A DNA stretch of 64,000 nucleotides from an uncultured Muribaculaceae bacterium (GTDB taxonomy: Bacteria; Cyanobacteriota; Vampirovibrionia; Gastranaerophilales; Gastranaerophilaceae), in assembly GCA_964453315.1 (NCBI GenBank), contig CAYVSD010000003.1, positions 8,689-72,688 on the forward strand, read 5' to 3'. Positions 36,801-48,800 of the stretch are shown piece by piece; the stretch's first letter is position 1; each line of letters opens with the position of its first letter. The notes under the pieces were generated by a model. That model was given only the letters and a program-made list of their open reading frames with translations, was not told where the DNA came from and ran no database searches. The position numbers were made by a program, and so were the translations under genes.

Positions 36801-39800
36801 TTTAGTTGAAATATTTTTGCTTATTGTTAAATCAGAATACGAATTGTTAGTAATATCAATAACACCTGTATTTGCAATTAAAGATTGAATTACGCTATTG
36901 CCGGTTCCGTCTTGTGTAATAACTATATGACCTGAATTTTCGATATTCCCGCCAACAAATAATTCATTTCCGGAATTGGTAATTTGTACATTTCCAATGG
37001 CATTTGTTATTGCTCCTGCTAATACCAAATTCCCGGCTGTATTAGAAACGATAAAGTTTCCGTTTTGATTTGTAATATTTTCAGTAAGACTTAAGCCGTT
37101 AGTTGAAGATATTTCAATATTACCGGCATCGGAATTTGTGATAGGAGCATTAATATTTAAAGCACTACCGGTATTTTCAATACTAACACCTTTCGTTGCT
37201 TTTATCGCAGATGTATCAGTAAATGTTAAACCGCCTTTTTTATTTTTAACTTCTATTGTTCCGTCTAAAGTTTCTACTGTTGAATTAATATTTGATGTTG
37301 TAGAATTCGTTATAAGTCTGATATTACCTTTGGTATTTTCTACTTTACCGTTTATTGTTGCAGATGTGCCCTCGGCGTTTATTAATGTATTTCCGTCTTT
37401 GTTCGTTATATTTGCATTTTGACTGTAGCTATTTGAACTTGATACGGAAATGGTACCTTTTTCAGTTGATATATTATTATTAATACTTAAATCTTTTGAC
37501 GAGATTGAAATACTTCCTGTTTTATTTACAACGGTATTATCAAGACTCAAAGCGTTTAATGATGATATTTTAACATCACCTGAATTTGTATTGTTTACTG
37601 TCCCAGCAATATTGAGGTTTTGAGCATTGTTTGTATTTTTAATCGAAATACCGTCGGTTGCTTCAACACTCGACGTATTTTTTAATGTCAAATTGCCTTT
37701 TTTATTTTCTATTGCTATGTTACCTGCGGAAGTTTTAATATTTGATGCGATATCTGCGCTAACTCCGCTCGTTGTAATACTGATATCACCAATAGCATTT
37801 GTAATATTGCCGTTTATTGAAGTTGTGCCATTAGAAACGATAATAGCAGTGTCACCTTGATTATTTATTATTGCAGCGTCTTGCTTGTAATTATTTGTGC
37901 TTGAGATTGAAATGTTGCCTTTGTCGGCTGTAATTACATTATTTATATCTATACCGTTCGAATCAATTGTAATATCTCCGAGCTCACTTGTAACAGCATT
38001 TGAGATTACCGTTTTTCCGGCATCTAAGATAACAATCTCTCCACCTTTATTTGTAACACCTTTCAGAAGTTCGATTCCGTCAGTATTCACATTTGTTATA
38101 CTTATTTTACCTGAACCTGTATTCAGTATATCGGATTTGATAACTAATTTGTTTGTATGATTATCTCCGTTATATATAGAAATACCTGTTTTTGCCTTAA
38201 TTGAGGAATTATCCCCGGTAATAAATTTCCAACCTGGATTTAAAATATTGACAGAACCTTCAACAGCCTCAATATTCGAATTTAAATCAAAACCGGCGGT
38301 TTCAAAAACAATATCACCGTTATTATTAATAATAGAATCATAAATACTTGCCATTCCGTTATGATTGTTAACTATTTTTATTAAACCGTTATTATTAGTA
38401 ATTTTACCGGTTTGATTATATCCGCCTTGTGAAGAGATTATTACATCTCCGTTTTGATTTTCAATACTGCCGGAGAAATCAATTCCTTTATTGTATTCTT
38501 TATTTGTAATATTTATATCGCCATTTTTGTTTTTAATTTTAGAAGAAATTACAAAAGGTGTATAGCTGTCTTTAATGATATTTAGATTTCCGGTATGAGA
38601 AATATTACCTGAAATATCTGAAGCTCCGTTTTTGATATCAATTAAAGTTTCGCCTGAAGCAATAATAGAATCTTGTACTTCATCTAAATTATTGATTACC
38701 GGATTTATATCCAAACCATTGTTTGTAACAATGTTAAGAGTTCCTTCGCCATTATTAATGATACCTTCTAATACAAGTTTTCCGACTGAATTAATTATCG
38801 TATTAGTGCTGTCATATCCTATATATGTTACTCCTCTTTTTAAAGTAGCACCATTTGCACTGAATATACCGTCAATAGATTTATTTGATATATTTGAAAC
38901 ATTTAATTGTTTTGATGTTTTATTATCAATAGATATTGCCTGATAACCTTTAGCCATTGTTATATCTGCATCTATTACACCCGCAACATTGGAACCGTCT
39001 TTTTTTGTTATGGTTATATTTCCGCCGGTTTGACCAACATTATACAAATAAATCTGATTATCCGTGTATATAGCTTTAATATTATCATTCTCTCCAAGAT
39101 TAATCATGTTCTTTTGACCTGTTGTTTCATCAACAATAAGGTTATTTAACATAGAGTCTGTTATTGTTATAGTTCTGTCAGAATATCCTGTGGCTAATTT
39201 ACCTTTTATATCAACTTCGTTAGCTTTTATGTTAATATTTTTTCCTGCGAAAATTTTATCATTTGCTTTAAGAGTTAATTTGGCATCATTTTTCTTTAAT
39301 GTTATATCAACATTTCCTTGCTGTGCTTCTAAGTTCAAATTGTTAGAAACAATTGAATCAAGGTCAAATACAATATTTCCGCTTGTATTTTTAATATTTA
39401 ATGCACTATTAGATGTAATGTCATCATAAAATATAATATCAGGTACCAAACTTACATCTAAAAAAGGATTTGATGTATCAAAGTAGTTTGTAATAGTTAT
39501 ACCGTCAGGAGCATTATTTTGCGAATTGCTTAAATAATGGACTCCTGTTGTCGGTATGTTTGCAAAATTGGAACCGATAAAGTTTTCAATATAATAATAT
39601 GCAGATACACCGCTCAAAGCTTTTTCACTGCCTTTAAATTTCTGCATGTTTTTGCCGTTTATAAATAAACCGCTTTGAGCAGATGCATTCAAGTCAATTC
39701 CATTAAAGACAATTGATCTTTGCGAATAGTTATCAATCACAAAATTTGATGCTGCAGTTTTTATGCTGCCTGTTCCTGAAATTTCATTATTACGAATATT

Positions 39801-42800
39801 ATTAAGTTTAATGACTGAAGAATTCGGACTTATATAATTAAAGACTATTGCATATTTTTTGTTGGCATCGTCTTCTATTACATCTTGTTGAGCCTTAGTT
39901 AAACCTGACTCAAGAGTTTGTTTACGTGCGATTAATTCTTCTTTTACCTGAGTATTATCGTCTATTTTTGTTGAAATGCTATCAATCGTGGATTGTATAC
40001 TATTTTGCGTATTTAAAATATCAGCGTATTCTTCACCAATATTTTTATTATCTTTTGTTACAATTTTATTTGTTAAAATATATTGGTTATTGTATGTTGT
40101 AAAATCACCCTTGTCTGTTGCACTAATTAAAGCCTTTTCAGAATTCATTGCATTTGCCATTACTGTTTTTTGTTCAGATGATAAACCGTAATCATTTGCA
40201 TCTAAAAATTCAGAAATTGTTGGAGCAGTGATATATTCACCCTCACGTGCTCCGCTATAAATTTGTGAATTTATATCTTCGATTTCTGCAAGTCTTGTAT
40301 TGTAACTTGTTAAAATTGTATTATACTTTTCTTCCAAAACCCCTGAAGCCATAACAGTTGTTTTTATTTTATTTTGAATAATATTATTTACTTCACTAAC
40401 AGTTTTAAATGTATAGCCATTTTCTTGTAAATTTTGTATATAATCCGTAATTTCTTTATTTTCAGCATAATCTTGTTCCAAACTTGATTTTTTATCATTT
40501 AACGAAGTTATGGTTTCAGTAATTTCTGTAATATTATCTTTTGTATTTTTTAAATCAATCTGTATAGAAGCAATATTATTTTGCTTCATATTGTCAATAT
40601 CAGCAATACCGTCATTTTTTAATGCGTATTCATAATCATAAAAACCATAGGTTGAAGAATCAATTGAGCCGTCTTGATTGATTTTCATATACCTATCGTT
40701 ACCGTTACCCGCAATAATTTCACCATCCAATTTAAGAGATCTTGTGTGAGTAGATGTAAAGTTTGATTTATTACCTTTGCTTGTAATCGGAATGCCAAAT
40801 ACTACACGACAAACGGATTCATAAGACACTTCAGAACTTTCTTTTCCTGCACCTGAAGAATATGTTATATCTATATCGTTTCCTGAAATTACTTTTGCAC
40901 CGCTATTAATATTAAGTTTATTATTTACTTTCTTTGTCAAAGAACCTTTTTCTGTTGAAGTCGGTATAGCAGCTTGAGCTTCCGTATGAGCATATTGAGT
41001 CAGGTTACTTGTTGAATTACCCATAAAGTCAATATCTACATCATTACCTGCTTCAATAACACCGTTATTATTTATTTCATTATTGATTTCTACTTTTAAA
41101 TAAGATTCAGCCTGAGGATCTTTAAAACCAAAGTGTTCTGATTTTGCATTTGCTCTTGCCTCAAGATCATTTTTTGAATCTAAATTAATATCAACTTTAG
41201 AGTCGCTGTATAATTTTGACTTATTATCAATATTTAGAGTATTATTACCGGTAACATTCAATGTATTTGAGTTTTTAGGACTTGCAATAAAACCTGATGC
41301 TTTGGCATTTGTTTGTTGTTTAAATTTTGATTCGGTTAAGATTTCAAGTTTTAGTTTGTCTTTAGCTCTGAGCTCAGAATTTTCAATATTAATTTTGCTA
41401 TTTTCTTTTATATTATTTGTTATATCTAATTTTTGAGAAGCATAAAATCCGCTGCCTTTACCATAATATGTTAGGTGCTTATCTCCGGTTGAAGCAACAT
41501 TTGCAGCTGATTTCAGATTTACATTTCTGGCTTTAATTTTTGAATTTTTAACATTTAATTCAGCATTGGAATTATATTCTTGAGAATATACATTTTTAGA
41601 TACAGCAACTATTCCTTCTGAAAGGCTATCGGAAGAATCAGCGATTAGAGTATTATTTTTAACGTTAAGGCCGACATCTGACAGTGAATTTATCTCTGAA
41701 TTTTCTACGTTCAATTTTGTATTTGTATCAAATTTTACATTATAATTTATTGCACCGGAGCCAATAACACCACCGCTATATTGATGTGTTATAGTATTTG
41801 ATTTATTAGTTGCAACGTTAGATAGATTCATACTGTTAACTTTTTTATTTGAATCAGTTATCAGATTTGAAAGCGTTAGTATTGAATCACCTTTTATTTC
41901 ATTCTTTAAAACTAAGTTACCGGCACCAATAACTCCGCCTGCTCTTGAAGTAAGATCAAAGTCAGTATTTCTGTTTGTATTAATTTCAGCAGTTAAAGAA
42001 CCTGAGTTAAAGTTTCCGCTCAAATTAACATTTGTATTTGTTTGCATTGATGATTCTAATGATGTTTTAAGTCCGGAAACAAATGCCACAATAGCAGAGA
42101 ACATACTTACTTTATTTAATGCGGTATTGTTTATATATATATTTGCAGCATTAGAAATTGTATTATTTCCGGCAATGTCAACTTTTAAATCACCGTTCGC
42201 CGTAGCAGTTATTTCTGCAACACTAACACCCAAAAGCGTTGCAACTGTACTGTCAAGACTTGCATCATTTACTTCATTTTGCATTGCTTTAATTACTAAA
42301 CTGTCGGCATTGTGTTCATTTGCCTTTAATTTTGCATTTATTTTTGCTTTGTTTGTTACTTTAGCTTCTGTTCCTGTATATACACCTAAAATGCTTGAAT
42401 TTACGGATAATATTTTTGAAGTTGCTTTAATATCAGATGCCTTTGTATTATCGGAATGTTTGACACCTGTTAAAATTTGAGTTTGTCCTACGTTATCAAC
42501 AACCAATCCGTTTAAACTGTCAATGCCTGCTGTTAATTCAGCATCCATAGTAGCACCTGCCCCACCCAGTGCAGCTGCAGAAATACCTGTTACAGATACA
42601 ACGTTTGTTCTGGAATTGACGCTCATTAAATCAGAATCTGCAATTATATTTAAACCGTTTGATGCAATTTTTCCGTTAACATTTTCTATAATTGCTTTTG
42701 TAATAGATTTTTCTTCTGCGGTATTTTTAATATATGTTATAGGAGCTACCAAACTTACTATAGTTGTTCTCAAAACAGAACTTAAATCAGCATTATTTGT

Positions 42801-45800
42801 TGCATTTATGTTAATTGCGCCTGATGCTTCAATATTCGTATCACCTGTAATAATTGCTACTATTTTATTTATATCCGTAGCATCCGTTACTGATATACCA
42901 AAAGAAGCACCGCTAACTAAGACCGAAGTGCCTGTTAATTCAGCTTTTGCATCGGAATTCGATATTACATTAACATTATCTGCAGAGATTGTTGAATTTG
43001 CTATTTTTGATGTTGTATCCGAGCTGTTTACATAAAGTGCGCTTGAACCCGCAACTGATACACCTGCAACATTAACATCTGTATTTATTATTTCAACATT
43101 GTTTTTAAATTCGGAACTTAAGTTTACATCTCCTGCTGCATTAATCTCTCCGCCTGATGTTTCCGCTAATGTATTATTATTTAATTTGACGCCTTTTATT
43201 CCGACACCGATAGCAGCACCGCCAACTGATGTATTTACATTTTTTAGAGATAACTTATCGGAATCAATTCCTTTTAGTTTGGATTGTGCATTTATATTAA
43301 CATCTTCAGTTGTCGAAATATTAGCATTTGATGATGCTATTGAACCTGTTTTCAAATTTTCCGGAGATGATGTCGGAGTATAGTAACTCTGACCATTTTG
43401 AGAGGTTTTATCATATAAATTTTTAGATTCATCTTTTGCTTGTGTAATATTGCTTTTTTCTTCCGAAGTTGAATATTTATCACTTCTTTTGCCTAAACGA
43501 AGCCCGAATACATCACCTGCTATACCACCAATACCTAGTGCAACACCAACATTTGTATTACCTAATGCAATTTCTGATGATGAATTTACATCAACATTTC
43601 TTGCACTGATTAAACCATCTGTTTCAGATAAAATTTGAGCTTTAACTAAATTATCCGAATCAAAGAAATTTACGTTTGCACCTGCAAATCCTGCACCGCC
43701 ATATACGGCTACCATTGTATTTGATGATTGCATCTTATCATTGGCTAAAACGGTTACATCATCCGTTAAAAATATTTGTTTGTTCTTGACATCTATTGTT
43801 GCGGTTGTAGTTGAATCAAGTTCATTAACAAGAGTGTCAACCAAAATACCTGCACCAACGATACCTGCAGATACACCGACGTTTCTGTTTGTTATAACCT
43901 TATCGGAATATGCTTCAACATCAAGTGAAGTTGCTTGTTCTATCTCTGTTGATATAACATCTGCCGAAGTTTTATTTTTGTAAATATTATAAATATTTCC
44001 GGTTGTACCGCTTACACCTGTTGCTGCAACTGCAACACCGCCAGAAACATTAATTATTTTATCCTGCTTACCTTTATTTGCAATAACTTCAATGTTTCCT
44101 GCATTTTCAACGGTTGAATTTTTAATTGATGCTTCTGTTTCTTTTAAAACATGGTTTTTTACAACATTTGCAACAACACTGACACCTTCTATAGCAACGC
44201 CAACAGATGCTAAAACATTTAGACTATATAAAGATGAATTTGATAAAACAGAGATATCTTTTGTCGTATCAATAACAGACTTATCAATTGTTGACTTAAT
44301 AGTATCAGCATAATCGTTAATAACAACTAAACCTACACCTGCAACAACGCCGGAACCTGCAACGCCTGCTTGAATATCTCTTGTTTTTGTATCGTTATTT
44401 GCATTTACATTTATTGAACTGTTTTCAACTGTTGTGTTTAAAATACCTGCTTTTGTTTCTGATTTATATGTATTTATTGCAGGGTTTATAGCAAGGGCAA
44501 CAGTACCGGCTCCGCCTCCTGCAACAATTACATGAGTTGAATTTTGGTCGCTTTGAGCATTTACGTATGTTTGAGAAGCTTTTACCTTAACATTTTGAGC
44601 ATTGTCCCATTGTTGCTTTTGTTCATTATATATTGCTGTTTGCTCAGATGTCGGGTTTTTAGGTAAAACAGGCTCATCCATTTTTAATTTGTCGATTTTA
44701 GCAACTGTTTTATCGGTATTGTCATTTTTAAGTACATTAACTCCGGCATACCCGGTTCCGCCACCACCAAGTGCTGCTAATACCTGAATATTATCTTTTA
44801 TATTTTTTGCATCTGCCCTTAATCTGTTTTCTATATCTAAATCAGAACCGTTTGTAATGAGAGAATATACGTTAGAATTATCTTTTGTAATTAAAACTGA
44901 CGCACCAACCCCGACTTGACCTGACCCTGATATTGCGCCTGAGATTATATTTTTAATGGAATAGTCTTGTGCAACCACATCAAGATTATTTGCACCGATT
45001 ACACTATTTGAAACTTCTGCCTCTATTTCGTTTTTGACATTTTTAATAATCCAGGCACCTGCAAAAGCCAAAGCTGCACCTGCTGAAACATCATAAAACA
45101 TATTCCAGTTTGTGAAGTTTGCACCTTGTTTTAGACCTGTATATTCACCTTTGTCATTTTTTGCAAGCAGTTTTTCATCATAATTATCATCAGAGAAATT
45201 ATCTCTGTCATACTTATCCTGAGCATTTTTTGTTCCGCCAAAAGAATTTATTGATGATGCGTTTACGGTTACATCTTTTGAATCAATAACACTATCAAAG
45301 ATTTTTGCATTTACTGTTTTATTCAAAATATCATAATTTATTGTTCCGCCGACTGCAGCAAGTGCATCAGGGCCTGCAACAGACGCGGTTACGCCTCTTG
45401 AATAAAGGGTTGTTTCGTCATATGCTGATACATCAAGGTTATCAGAAGTTAATATCTTACCCTTAACAAGCGAATTTACGGAATTTCTTATTATGTTTAA
45501 AACAATATTTGCGGCAGCCATAGTATTTTTCTTCGCAAAAGCAGCTCCTACAGCCGTGCCGGTTGACTTCTCATTTGATTGAGCTGCTACGGAAACATTA
45601 TCTGCAATAATTTCTTTATCATTACCGTTATTAATTTCTGCTGTTAAATCATTTTTCTGAGAATTAACAACAACATTACCGTTAACGCCAAGTCCTGTGT
45701 TTGCAGAAGAGTAATTTAGAGTTCCCGCAACATTTAAATTATCTGTATTAGAAGTCGCAGAAACATCAATATCACCTGATGCCAAAACATCGGAATTAAC

Positions 45801-48800
45801 TATTTTTGATGACATAGCATTATGTATAAAATCCAGATTTAAAGCACCATTAAACAAAAAACCTGTAGAGGTTTCGTTAACTATTGCTCCCGCAACAGCA
45901 ACATTGGTAAAATTATTTTGTGCCAAAGATTGTACAGACAAGTCATTTATATCTGTCAGTGTTGAATTTTGAACAAGAGCGTTTATAGTATTGTTAATAT
46001 CATTATAATTTGTGGCAAATCCTGCACCAACGCCCAGCGTACCTCCGTTTAAATATGCTCCGCCGCCTGCAATATCAAGTATTGTAATTTGTGAATTTGC
46101 CGAAACATTTGCAGTTATTAATTTTGAATCATCAGTTGAACTGACTGCAGAATCATTTATAATAGCTTCTATTGTAGGTGTAATTGTATTTCTGGTATAC
46201 GAACCTCCTGCCGCACCTCTAAACCCTGTTGCTTCTGCTTGAGAATTTGCACCAACTCCGGCTCCGATTGCTATATCAACAATTTTATTTGTATTGTTTG
46301 ATGTAACATTTAAAGTTGGTGTCGGAGCTGAGAACTCAACCGTAGAACTGTTTATTTTTGACGAAATCTTTCCGTTTTGTCTGTAAAAATTAAGTGCTGC
46401 GCCTGCTCCGACTTTTTTTGATTTACCGAGTCCGCCTGACATATTTATAATTCTTGATTCTTTGTTTGATATAACATTAAAAGCAGAGCCTGTATTTACT
46501 GTCGTGTTTGATATACCGCTTTCAACATTTGTTGTATCCATTGTTAAATTTACGGCACCGGCACCTGATAATGAAAACGGTGCTAAGGCATTACCAACAG
46601 GATTTTTCATGTATTGATCTTCATTTTCAAAAAGATTTCCAAATACTTCATTATTGTCGTTTTTTGCCTTATCAACGCCACTATCAATTTTTGATATATT
46701 TTTATTTTTTTGTACTACACCGCCTGAAAAAGCAGCAGCGACAGCCAAATTTAAGGTTTGTGAGTATGTATTTGCATTAATTGCCGTATTTAGAGCAGAT
46801 GTAGTTGTCGAATTTTCAACTAATGCTTTAATATTTCTTTCAATAGATGTGTAATTAACATCAGCACCTATTGCAACACCTTTAGAACTTTCCTGAACAT
46901 TATTATCAATTTCTTTATATTGAGAAACCCAAGCACCTGTCGCAATAATGTTTGTTATTTGATCTTCAGCTTTTCTTTCTTCTTTCAATTCCGCCTGATT
47001 AGCATCTTCTCTCAAATTTATTTTTCCGCCGGAAGTCTTAATGACTCCGTTTCCGGCATTAACATTAACATTTTTAGCAGTTATTTCAGAATTATTTAAT
47101 ACATTAGAATAGGTATTTCCTTTTAGTTTTTGAACATTAACTGAGCCATCAATACCAATTGACTTACTTCTTGCACCTGTTGCAATTGCCGTAATATATG
47201 CTTGTTCGTTAGCGCTTGTAACATTAACATCACCATTTTCAGAAGTTACTGTTGAGTTTTCTATTTTTGCAACGGCATTATTGTTATATATATCCCATAT
47301 AACATTTGCACCGACACCAAAAGAATCGGTATCCATTTGAGGTACATATTCCCAATCAGGCTGTCCCGGAAGTTTATAATTGAGTTTGTTAATTAATACA
47401 TCAATCATGCCGGCAGCGTTGTAACCGATAACCGAATTTACCGCATTTACGGTTAAATCTCCGTCCAAATTTATATTGGAATTATTTCTGATATCTGCAA
47501 GAGTATTATTAACAACTTCGTTGTAAATTATTGAAGCTGAAACATCAACACCCTCAGCAGCAGAAGAAGTTTGAGCAAAATTGTTGAAAAATCCCGTTAA
47601 TCTAAATTTTGGCAAGATGGCATCAGTTACAGTAGAAGTTATATTCTGATTAGCTACACCCGTAAAATCGGCACCTGCACTATATGATGCGGTACTTCCC
47701 GGATAAATAAAAGATAAATCCCATTTGCCGTTTGCTTCCGATGCAAAATCACCGCCAAACTGAATTTTATCTACACCGTAAATATTAAATGGTAAATTTA
47801 CGCCAAAAGTTATAGCCCCCTGATTCATAGGTAATTCTGTGGTCGAATAAACATCTATATTATCAGCATATATTGTAGAATTATCAATAATTGCGTTGGT
47901 GTTATTTGATTCTTCATTAACAATAACACCAAGTCCGACGCCTACTTTCGCCTTTCCGTTTGAGTCTGCAAGCGCACTATTTGCAGTTAAATCAATAGTA
48001 TTCGCACGAACATCAACATCCTCACCGGCTGTAACTGTAGAATTAGTAATTTTTGCATTGGCATTATTTGCTGTTTCGCTCCAAACTAGTGCGCCTCCCG
48101 CTTGAACCAAAGAGTTTCCGCTTGCTTCAATTTCGGTTTTCCCTTTTACTCTGGAGAATAAGCTTCTGTTTAAATATGTTGTTTGAAAACCCTTCAATTT
48201 TTTCTTAGCATCAGAGAATTTAGCACTCGGAGATACAACATTCGCATCCTGAATTTTTCCTGACGCTGAATTTTTATTAATATTTAAGCTTTGTGCCAAA
48301 ACATTAACATCTTCTGTTGTATTAATTGTACCTTGATTAATTTCTGCCGTTACATTATTGCTTGAACGATTTAATATTCCAACTAAAGATACTGCAGAAT
48401 TTGCACTATCTCCCTGATTTTGAACATTTTTATCAACCAAAGCTGTCATTGCAACTTTAACATCACTGTTTGATAAATTTACCGCTTCAACGTTTAAATC
48501 TCTTGCATTTACCTCTGAATTATTAACTTTTGCTTCAGTTGTTGTTTTGGTTGTGTTATTTAATAGAATTGCAAATGCTCCGTCTTCAACAGGCATAGAC
48601 AATAAGCTGTCTGAAGACATTACAATCTTATTGGTATTTAAAGATAAAGCTCCGACATTAGTATCTCCCGTTGAATTTAAAAATGAGTCACTAACAATAG
48701 CTTTTGATACCGTACTGGTACCGACACCATAAATACCTATAGGCAAAACTTGAGCTAAAAGCGTTGATGTAGCGGTTAGCGAAGAATCAGCAAAAGAATT

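Noticed and set aside
33000-38600. Strong periodicity that could suggest a CRISPR array or satellite
   Set aside because: The period is 585-770 bp, not 25-40 bp repeats with unique spacers. The region is one uninterrupted reading frame of the TpsA protein. No cas genes are in the window.
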